NCBI GenBank assembly: GCA_040218735.1
Contig: JAVJQW010000003.1
Span: 1 to 64,000, forward strand
From: Deltaproteobacteria bacterium
GTDB lineage: Bacteria > Myxococcota > Kuafuiibacteriia > Kuafuiibacteriales > Kuafuiibacteriaceae
Direction of reading: 5' to 3'
Length of the DNA stretch: 64,000 nt
The position numbers and the translations under genes are program-made. How positions within the stretch are numbered: the first letter of the stretch is position 1; each line of letters begins with the position of its first letter. Shown here in pieces: positions 26,387 to 35,300 of the stretch. The notes under the pieces are model-generated. The model was given only the letters and a program-made list of their open reading frames with translations. It was not told where the DNA came from and searched no databases.

Positions 26387-28821
26387 TCTTCGCCTTCGTC
26401 GTCGGGGTCCAGATCGTGTAGGCAGATCGACGCGTCCGCATCGGCTCGAAAACCGCTGACCGGTAGCTCGAACATCTTCGGCGCGCAGTAGCCACAGACG
26501 GCGTCGGACGCCACGAAGGGCGCTTCGATCGAGATCTCGGGATCACCCGTGAACGCAAACGACGAGCCCCACCCGCGCGCCGTGGCGTCGGCGATTCGAA
26601 TCGTCGGCGCGCGGTCCGCGAGGAACGCGATGCCGTCCGGACCGCTCCCTTCCAAGGCGACGTCCTCCACGGAGACGGCCCCCCGTGTCAGGAGCCCGCG
26701 GGAGAGATCGGTGGGGGCGGTCTGCGTGACCTCGAGCCGCTGAATGACGGTGTCGCTGGTAGCGGCGACGTCGACGCCGACGCCGCGCACGATGTCGATG
26801 TCCGCGTCCAAGAGCTCGATGTGGCCGGACGCGATTCGGAGACCGCCGCCTTCGGTCTGGCTGCCGCGGATCATGACACGCTGGACTTCGACCTCCGGAT
26901 CTACGGCGCCTTGAAGCGTCCGCAGCACCACCGTTCGAATGTTCGCGCCGACGTTGGCGACGTCTTCGACCAGGACATCGTGCAGGGTCACTTGCCCGCC
27001 TTCGAGCTCGAGCGCGGTCCCTTCACCGCCGACGACATGGACGCCGCGGACGTCGATGGTCGGCGCAGTCATGCCGATGTGGAGCGTCCCCGACTGGTGT
27101 GCGGTCGCGGCCGCGACGAGGCCGTTCACGGTGGTGGAGCCTGTTGCGGAGGCACGAAGGAGCGTCGAAGTGGGTGCCTCGATCTCGAGGCCCGCGAGCT
27201 CGATTCGGTCCGCTCCTTCGACGACGACCAACGGGTTGATCGCGACGTCCGATCGGACGCGAACGTCGGACAACGAGACATCACCTCCGACGACAGTCAC
27301 GCCCGCCGATGCGACGTCTGCGTCGACCGAGGTCGATGTGACGGTCCCTCGTTGCGCGGAGAGCATGATGCCGCCGACGAACCGGGTTCGCGCCAACCCG
27401 ATCGCGCTGTCCGTGGCGTCCACGCCCCGCTGCGCGGCGAGGTCGACGTCGCTCGCGTCCAGCGTCGAGCCGGTCAGGTCCAGGGCACGTGAGGCACCTT
27501 CGATGGCGACCGTCCGCATGGTCACGCGCGAGCCCTCGAGCCGGAGTGCGGGGCGCGACGACGTGATGGACACGCGGGTCAGCGAGAGCTCCGAGCCGGC
27601 GCCGCCGGTGACGATCGGAGTCGGCGGGGACATCGGTGATGCGATCGCCACCCCCTCCAACGTCGCTCGACCACCCGCGCGCACGTCGATCGCCGTCGGG
27701 TCGAGGAACCCCACGCCTTCGAGGGTCGCGGTCCCCGCGATCACCAGCGGCGGCGCGAGCGCGGTGCTCAGGAACACGGTTCGATCGAAAGCCGCCGCGC
27801 CCATCACGTCGAACTGCGAATCGACGAACACACTCTCGGCCACGTCGAGGCTCGCCGTGTCTCGAACGTCGACGTCCACCGAGAGGAGCTCCACTCGGAA
27901 CATCGTCAGCGACGCCCCCGCACGCACGTCGACGTCGGACTGAAGCTGGACCCGTTCGATCGTGGCGTTCCCGTCGATGGCGATGCTGCCCTGCAGAGTC
28001 ACGCGCGAAGCACACGACCCGACGAGGGTGCGCCCGTCGAGCGTCACGTCGAGGACGTACGTCCCGTCGGCGAGCGCGATGGTCGGAGCCACATTCGCGG
28101 CCTGCAACGCCGCGCCGACGTCTCCGTACGGCGCGCCCATCGAGCCGTCGCCGTTCGTCGCGCCGTCGCGAACGTACGTGACGGCTCCCATGAGTCCGGC
28201 CGGCCACTCCGTTCCCGGACACGGCGCGTACCGAACACACTCCGAGCGCTCGACGTCCCATCGCAGCGTCGCGGCGCAGGCCTCGGGCGTGGGGAAGACA
28301 CACGTCCCGTCCTCGCGGCCGAATGGGCACTCGGGCGCGACGACCTCGACGCGACCGGGTACGTTGGGGGCGGTCGGGGAGGCGACCTGGGGATCGTCGA
28401 CACAGCCCGCCGCGCCGGCGGCGCCCGCCTTGCACTCGATGCGAACGTCTCCTAGCTCGTCGAGTGAACCAAGGTCGTCCCAGTCGCCATCGCCGGCGAA
28501 GCGGCGCGAGAACGCCCGGGCCGGCGCCGGTATCGAGCGCCCCTGTTCATCGGTCTCGACGATCCTCGAGGTCTCCTCCGTCAGCTCGAGGCCGACCGCT
28601 TCCAGCCCATCGTAGGCGAGAAAGAACACCCGCTCGGTGCCGGCCGTTTCGAGGTTCGGCGCAAACGCGCTGTCCGCCCGCATCAGGTAGACCTGCGTTT
28701 CCGTGCCCCGGAAGACGACGAGCGCGACCTCGTCACCGGTGAGCTCGGGCGCCGATATCGTCCGCGGCGGGATGCACCCGGCGAACGCCGCGAAGCCCAC
28801 GATCCACAACAACGTTCGCAT
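26371..28821 (-). CDS. Lipoprotein with right-handed parallel beta-helix (pectin-lyase-like) repeats
   Basis: ATG at 28821, lipobox FAGC; Cys-rich linker; YV..GA..GDGS..APY..V.AAL..IALADGTY followed by beta-helix repeats. Confidence 0.75.
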   Translation of the reverse strand: MRTLLWIVGFAAFAGCIPPRTISAPELTGDEVALVVFRGTETQVYLMRADSAFAPNLETAGTERVFFLAYDGLEAVGLELTEETSRIVETDEQGRSIPAPARAFSRRFAGDGDWDDLGSLDELGDVRIECKAGAAGAAGCVDDPQVASPTAPNVPGRVEVVAPECPFGREDGTCVFPTPEACAATLRWDVERSECVRYAPCPGTEWPAGLMGAVTYVRDGATNGDGSMGAPYGDVGAALQAANVAPTIALADGTYVLDVTLDGRTLVGSCASRVTLQGSIAIDGNATIERVQLQSDVDVRAGASLTMFRVELLSVDVDVRDTASLDVAESVFVDSQFDVMGAAAFDRTVFLSTALAPPLVIAGTATLEGVGFLDPTAIDVRAGGRATLEGVAIASPMSPPTPIVTGGAGSELSLTRVSITSSRPALRLEGSRVTMRTVAIEGASRALDLTGSTLDASDVDLAAQRGVDATDSAIGLARTRFVGGIMLSAQRGTVTSTSVDADVASAGVTVVGGDVSLSDVRVRSDVAINPLVVVEGADRIELAGLEIEAPTSTLLRASATGSTTVNGLVAAATAHQSGTLHIGMTAPTIDVRGVHVVGGEGTALELEGGQVTLHDVLVEDVANVGANIRTVVLRTLQGAVDPEVEVQRVMIRGSQTEGGGLRIASGHIELLDADIDIVRGVGVDVAATSDTVIQRLEVTQTAPTDLSRGLLTRGAVSVEDVALEGSGPDGIAFLADRAPTIRIADATARGWGSSFAFTGDPEISIEAPFVASDAVCGYCAPKMFELPVSGFRADADASICLHDLDPDDEGEECRLQ

Positions 28822-28826
28822 CGCGT

Positions 28827-31043
28827 TCAAACCGGGCGCGACCGCGCGAGCATGGTGGTGACGATCATCTCGGAGAGGTGCCGGTCGATCTCCAGCGGAT
28901 GTTCGGTCAGCAGCGCCTGGTGCACGGCTTCGTAGAACAGACCGGGGTGTTGCTCGCGGACGTCTTCGAGCGAGTACACCTTCACGAACTCGACCTCCTC
29001 GTACTGCGCGCCGAGCGCGAGGCGGATCTTGCCGGGGCCCTTCACCTGGTCGGCGAGGAGGATGTCGGCGATGTGCCGGAGGAAACCGAGGACGTCGAGC
29101 GGCTCGTCGTCGGAGAGGTTGTTGTCCTCCCGAACGATCGCGAGGACGTCGTGCAGCTCGAGGCGCTTCATCGCCATCACACACGTCGCCACGGAGATCA
29201 CGGCGTCGCGGATACGCAGCTTCACGACCGGACCGGTGAACGTGTCGGTCGCCGACGCGACGTGGTCCACGCCGTCGATGCGCAGCTTCAGGAAGAACGA
29301 CGAGCGCCGCTCGAGGACCTCCACCGGCATGCTGCGATCCGGGAGCACCAGCCGAAGGATGTTCCCCTCGTAGAGATCCTTCAGCGTCACGAGCTCGTTT
29401 TCGTCCGTCCACAGGTAGTCGGCGATGTCGATGACGTCGGCGACGGACAGCTCCGGGTTGGCGCGGGTCTCGACGTACGACTCACGCGCTGCCGCGAGGA
29501 TGCGCTCGGGGAGCGGCTCCGGCGCCTCCGTGTTCGCGAGCGCCTGCATGAAGTGGCCGACGATCCCGCCGCCGTCCTCGCGCCGCCAGCCAACCGCCTG
29601 TTGAATCCGCGAGAGACCGGCGCGCGTGCGCGTCGCGCCGGCGCTGTTGAGATCACTCCACGCGAAGTGCAGCCGGTCCTTCTCGATCGAGATGCCGTAG
29701 AACTCGTCGCCGAGGTCGAAGCCTCCGACGTAGTCGTTCTGCCCCTCGGGCGTGGGGTGGTTCTCGAGGAAGCGCGTGATCAACCGCTCCCCCGCAATGC
29801 GCATCGCCGTGGTGCCCTGCCAGAACCCGTCGCGCGCGATCGCCTTGTGGATCAACGCGTGGACGTCGCCCTCCACCGCCATCCCCTCGAGGTCGGCGGG
29901 GACGAGCTCGTGCAAGTAGTCTTGCATCTCGGCCATCACCTCGGCGGGACCCTCGTCCATCTGCGCGGCGATCTCCTCGAGCTCGTCCTCGGACGCGCGA
30001 ATCCACTGCGCGACCGTCGACCGGTAGTCCGTCTTCGCGAGCTGAATCGACGTGTGCCCTCGGAGCTGGCCGAGCTTCGCGGCGCGGTAGGCGTCATCGT
30101 TGAGGCGCTGCGCGAGGGTCTCGTGGTCGGAGACCTTGCGCTCGCTCGGACGCGCCATCGCGATGCCGATGTAGAAGTTCACTTCTTCGGGGTGGGTGCG
30201 TTTGTCCTGCCCCCAGACGCGCTCGACGATCCACTGACGCGTCTCTTGGGTGACGATCGTCTCGACGAGCTTCTGGACGGCGGCCGCGGAACGATCCGCG
30301 ACGATGAGCCGGAACGACTTCCCCGCCTTGTGGCACGCGTGCACCTTCGACTCCCCCTCGAAGAGCATCGCGAGGCGCTCGCCGAGCGCGCGGACGAACG
30401 CGGCGCCAATCCGGTGCCCGTGCCGAATCGCGAACCGCTTGAACGCTTGGTACTCGACCGCGACGACGCCGAGCCGCTGAATCTGGCCGGCGAGGTACGC
30501 GGCCGCCTCGTCGAGGAGGAGATCGCGGTACGCCTGCAACCCGCGCACGGGGAGGCCCGGCTGGTCGGACGAGGCGGCGAGCCGGTACGCGGACCGCACC
30601 TCCTGCTCACCCTCGGGGGCCATCGCGGCTTCCATCTCCTGGGTGATGCTCGCGACGATCAGGCCGAGCTCACGCTCGGTCGGGCGGCGGCGACGACCCG
30701 CGACGACGACGTACCAGCCTTCGCGATCCTCGCGTTGTTCGAAGGTCAGCCGGCGCCCGTGGGGAGTGAGGCCGGAGATCATGAGTGTGTTGCCGCGGCG
30801 TACGAAGCGGACGAGCTGCAGTGATTCGCCGAGCGCGACCTTGTGCTGCGGACCGCTCTCGGCCGAGCCGATCACGCTGTCGAACCGCACCGGCGTGGTG
30901 CTGACGATCACCGAGTCCTCGTCGAACGGATCGGCGCCGAGGTCCGCGCTGATGGGCGTCGCCGAGGGGACGATCTGGATCTGCATGGTCTCGGACAGGG
31001 GGCGGTCGCTGCCTTCGTCCTTCTTGTCGCCGTCGCCGGACAC
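28827..31043 (-). CDS. Protein with degenerate GGDEF-like domain
   Basis: FKRFAIRHGHRIGAAFVRALGERL, HKAGKSF at the GGDEF position, FYIGIA, DDAYRAAKLG. Confidence 0.65.
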   Translation of the reverse strand: MSGDGDKKDEGSDRPLSETMQIQIVPSATPISADLGADPFDEDSVIVSTTPVRFDSVIGSAESGPQHKVALGESLQLVRFVRRGNTLMISGLTPHGRRLTFEQREDREGWYVVVAGRRRRPTERELGLIVASITQEMEAAMAPEGEQEVRSAYRLAASSDQPGLPVRGLQAYRDLLLDEAAAYLAGQIQRLGVVAVEYQAFKRFAIRHGHRIGAAFVRALGERLAMLFEGESKVHACHKAGKSFRLIVADRSAAAVQKLVETIVTQETRQWIVERVWGQDKRTHPEEVNFYIGIAMARPSERKVSDHETLAQRLNDDAYRAAKLGQLRGHTSIQLAKTDYRSTVAQWIRASEDELEEIAAQMDEGPAEVMAEMQDYLHELVPADLEGMAVEGDVHALIHKAIARDGFWQGTTAMRIAGERLITRFLENHPTPEGQNDYVGGFDLGDEFYGISIEKDRLHFAWSDLNSAGATRTRAGLSRIQQAVGWRREDGGGIVGHFMQALANTEAPEPLPERILAAARESYVETRANPELSVADVIDIADYLWTDENELVTLKDLYEGNILRLVLPDRSMPVEVLERRSSFFLKLRIDGVDHVASATDTFTGPVVKLRIRDAVISVATCVMAMKRLELHDVLAIVREDNNLSDDEPLDVLGFLRHIADILLADQVKGPGKIRLALGAQYEEVEFVKVYSLEDVREQHPGLFYEAVHQALLTEHPLEIDRHLSEMIVTTMLARSRPV

Positions 31044-31148
31044 GGAGCTGGGATTTTGTCCCCGAGCGAAGTTTCAGTCCAACTTGCGAGCGCGCGCCGA
31101 CACTCACACAATGGATGGGCAGCGGCGCACGAACCGTTGTCTTCGAAG

Positions 31149-32261
31149 ATGCACGTCGTCCTCCTGCTCACGGTCCTCGGCGCTACGCCGCCCACGCTCC
31201 ACACGGACCGCGCGCTGAAGGTCCTCCCCACCCCGAAGAACGACGCCGCCCGGCGCCGCGCGCTGCGACGCGCCGCCAACCTCATGAAGCGACGCGAGGT
31301 CGAGGTGGAGATCGGGGGCGCCCTCATCGCGGGGCGCGACCTCGGGGCGGTCCTCGCGAAGAAGGACGAACCCCTCCTCCGCGCGCTGCGCGAGCACACC
31401 AAGCGGGCCATCGACGTCGACGACCTGATCTACTTCCTCGATGACGTCATCGGACGCGGCTACAGGAAGCAGCGCCTCATCCTCACGCCCAGCCGCGCTC
31501 GCAAGACAGGCATCCTCGTGCACCCCCGGGACGTCTTCCGGAACGACCCTCGCGAGTACGGCAAACCGCGCCTGCGTCTGGCGCTCGACGCCCCCCCGGA
31601 GCAGCTCGGCCTCGACCCCGCCGAGGACGGCGCGCTCCTCGGGCCCGCGTGGGCCGCGCGTTACCAACAACCCCAGAGTGAAGACGGCCGGCTGAAGGCG
31701 CTCGACGCGGCCAACGCCTCCTTCGGACGACGCGTCCGCTCCCTCCGCGACCAGCTCCTGCGTCAGGGCGCGCTCGTGCACGTCGAAGCGACGGTGCGCC
31801 CCCGGCCGCGGGGATACCTGATGTACGGCGCCCACCTCATCCGCAAGAGCCGGTCGCGCCGGCAGCTGTGGCGCCGCGTGAAACACATCGAGCGCCTCAA
31901 CACGAAGTGGGACCTCGACGTCCCCATCAAGTGGCGACACCCGAAGGGTTGGCGTGCGACGCGGGAGGCCGCGCGTCGGATGGCCGAGACCTACGGCGTC
32001 GACTACGCGACCCAGGCCGGCGCGGAGCGCTCGGACCACTACGACGGCGGCGCCGTGGACCTGTGGGCGGTGGGGCTCCCCCGCACCGTCGAGCTGGTCG
32101 CCCCGGACGGCGCGCGCGCGCGGTTCGACCTGGCGGACGCCGAGCAAACCCGCGATCTCAACCTCACCCCGGCGATGGTGGACTGGATCGAGGAGCACTT
32201 TCGTTTCCGCAAGATTCGCACGGATTACCCACACTGGGGCGATGCAGATTTGAAGTCTTGA
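31149..32261 (+). CDS. Secreted protein with M15-like (DD-peptidase/Hedgehog fold) zinc peptidase motifs
   Basis: Signal peptide; TVR, SDHYDGGAVD (HxxxxxxD) and DYPHW motifs. Confidence 0.6.
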   Translation: MHVVLLLTVLGATPPTLHTDRALKVLPTPKNDAARRRALRRAANLMKRREVEVEIGGALIAGRDLGAVLAKKDEPLLRALREHTKRAIDVDDLIYFLDDVIGRGYRKQRLILTPSRARKTGILVHPRDVFRNDPREYGKPRLRLALDAPPEQLGLDPAEDGALLGPAWAARYQQPQSEDGRLKALDAANASFGRRVRSLRDQLLRQGALVHVEATVRPRPRGYLMYGAHLIRKSRSRRQLWRRVKHIERLNTKWDLDVPIKWRHPKGWRATREAARRMAETYGVDYATQAGAERSDHYDGGAVDLWAVGLPRTVELVAPDGARARFDLADAEQTRDLNLTPAMVDWIEEHFRFRKIRTDYPHWGDADLKS

Positions 32262-32296
32262 CGTCTTATCTGAAATAGCTCAGATCACTTCTGCAG

Positions 32297-32368
32297 ATGC
32301 GGACGCACCTCTTCACTCTGACGCTCCTCGCCCTCGTGGCTGCGGGCCTCGTCTGGTACCCGGTCTAA
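32297..32368 (+). CDS. Possible 23-aa hydrophobic small protein MRTHLFTLTLLALVAAGLVWYPV
   Basis: ATG..TAA ORF filling the gap between convergent genes; single-TM composition; upstream TTGACG and an inverted repeat. Confidence 0.35.
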   Translation: MRTHLFTLTLLALVAAGLVWYPV

Positions 32369-32371
32369 GGA

Positions 32372-35300
32372 TCAGCGCGCCGCGCGCACGGCGAGCCACC
32401 CGGCGGCGGTGACGCCCCGACGCCCCTGGGCGCCGGACGCGACGACCGCGGGCGCCGAGAACGACCCCACCGCGATCGCCCGCGCCGTGTAATACGCGTG
32501 CGCGACTTCCCGCTCGCTGAGATCCAGCTCGTAGATGACGCGGCTCGTCGTAGCCTCGCTCCGCGGGCGTGACGCGCCGAGCTCCAGCCAGCCCAACCCC
32601 GTGAGGTTCGAGTCCTCGATCTCGAGCCCGGCCGGCATGCGGGCGTCGACGCGGACACGTCCGCAGTCGTCGGTCGCCGTGCAGCGCACCGTGACGCGTC
32701 CGACGACCAGCTCTCCGTACGGCACCGGCCCGTCGATCGGCGCGCCCGCGATCGTCGACAGCGTGTGTTCGAGCGCCAACCCGTCGGCGCGCGGTTTGGG
32801 ATCGCCGGTCGCCACGCCCCGGACCGAGAGACCGACGTAGGCCGTCCCGGCGCCGGTGACCTCGAAGGCGAGCGTTCGGTTCCGCCACGCGTCGAGGGGG
32901 GCGTCGACGATCGCCGAGCGCTTGGTGTTGAAGCGCTTCTCCACCTCGCCGTCGATCAACAGCGACCCCCAGTACTGCGGATCGGGCGCGGCGCGGCGGC
33001 TGAACTTCCCGACCGCCGCGAGCGCCAGCGCGTTCTCTTCGCGGCTCGCCCAGTAACCGTTCGGCGCGCGCTTTCGGAGCGCCGCGAGGAACCCGTCGAC
33101 CTGCGGATGGAACGGGTAGACGTCGGCGAGGATCGCGAGGAGCAACGCCGAGCGTCCGCGCGCGATCGGGATCGGGTCGGCCAACATCCGACGGCCCCGC
33201 GTGAGCATCCCGGCCCGCATCAACGCACCGGCGAGCATCGCGCGGACGATCGGATCCACGGCGGCGTCCGCCTGGTCCCACGCGTCGGCGAGCTCGATGA
33301 GCCCTCGACGGTCGGGGCGATTCGCGAGCGCGAGGACGAAGTGCGCCACCGCCCGAGTCCGTGGCTCCACCTCGGCCGACGGGGAGGTCACGATCGCGTA
33401 GAGGCGCTGGTACGCACGCTCCGTCGCCGCGCGGTCCACGGCGCGAATGCGCGCCGCCTCGAACAGCGCGAGCCCGTAGAGGGTCGTCGCCCACTCGTCA
33501 CGCCCGCCGGTCGAAGCCGTGAGCCGCGCGAGCGCGTCGCGGAGGCGAACGTCGCCGTCCTCGATCAACCGATACGCAAACGTCAGCGCGAGCACCTCGT
33601 AGGTCGCGGACAACTTCGACTCGCGGCTCGGCGCGAGCACCGCATCGAGCGCAGCGCGGTGGGCCCACAATACCGTCGGCCCTACGGTGATCGACGCGTT
33701 TGCGCTGCCGCGCACGAACGACTTCGGCAGCGCGAGCGTCAGCGGCGACGCACGCGACACCTCCAACGACGCCCCGGTGATCGTGCTGGTCCGCGCCGGT
33801 GCCACGACGAAGCGCCGTTCGACGGAGGAAGACGAGGTCCCCGCCGTCCCGCGCAACGCGACGCGCGCATCACCCACCGCGTCGTCGACCTTCAACCGAA
33901 CGACGACGTTGTTCGACGAGTCCGCGGGGATCGACAGACGCTTCGTTCGCTCCGCGACAGCGAGGGGTCCACGAGTGTCGACGACGAGGTCCACCGCGAT
34001 CGAACGGTCCAACCCGTTTTCGATCTCGAGCGGCATCTCGAGCTCATCACCGGGGCGGAGGAGCTGGGGCGCGTGGGTGCGCAGACGCAGCGGGTCCTTC
34101 ACCGTGGTGTCCCGCGACGCCGCGCCGAACCGGTCGCGCGCGAACACCACCGCGGCGACGCGCGCCTCACCGTGCATCGAGGGGACGCGGAGCGGGATCT
34201 TCGCGGCGCCCTCCACGGTCACGATCTTCGACCAGGACGATCCGGCGTCGCTCCACTCCACCCGCGGACGGCGCTGCCGCGGTGGCTTCGACATGTGGGT
34301 CTGCACGCCGTCGTAGAGCGTCGAGAGATCGTGCGTGACGAGTGAGAGCGGCTGCAGCCCGACGAAGTGCTCCACCGGATCCGCCGGTGCATCGAAGCGC
34401 GGATCGGTTCGACGTTTGTCGACGATCCAAACCAGCGCGTGCGCGGTGACCGGTTTGCCGTCCTCGTCCTCGACCCGCAGCCCGACTTCGATGTCGCGCT
34501 GCGCGGTGAGGCGGGCCGGTACGTCGAGCGCGGTGCGGAGACGATGCCGCCGCGTGTTCACCACCAGCGGCGCCTGCGCGAACGCCGCGCGACGACCGCT
34601 CACGATGCGCGCGACCGCAAACGCGTTCGGCGCGAACGACGGAAGGATGGGCACCTCGACCCGCGACACGTTGGCGTCGAGCTCCACCTTCGTCCGCCAC
34701 AGCACACGGTCGCGCTCGATCGTGAGCTCGAGCTGCCCTTCGTAGGGCGCCCACACCAACAGCGACGCGGAGTCGCCGACCTGCACGTCCGCGCCCGGCG
34801 CGACGACCACCAGCTCGTCGCCCGGCGCGGGGACGTTGCTGCCCACGTCCGGAATCACCCAGAAGAGCGTCGATGTCGACGCGCCCTCCGTCGTCTCGAC
34901 GTCGACACGGTGACGACCGGGCTCTCGGGTCACGTACGGGATCGCGACCGGCTCGGCGCCGCTCGTGAGCTTCACCTCGACCGGCGCCGCGGAGCCGTCG
35001 AGCGAACGGATCGTGGCGACCACCGCGATCCCCGACACCGCTTCGCCGTCCGGACCGACGACGATCGCTTCGAGCGCCGCGTCCTTGCCGACCTCCGAAG
35101 GCCCAGCGTCGAGGCGCCGACGCACTCCCACGGCGTGCGGCGTAGGGCGGTGCACGACCGAAGCATCGTCCCGAACCACGCGGCCGCCGGGCTCGACCAC
35201 CGCCGCCTCCAGCGTGATGCGCACCGGCCCCGCCGCACCCGCGGAGCGCACCGCGGGACACCAGCGGCGGCCCTCTCCCGAAGTGTCGAGGCGCGTCTCG

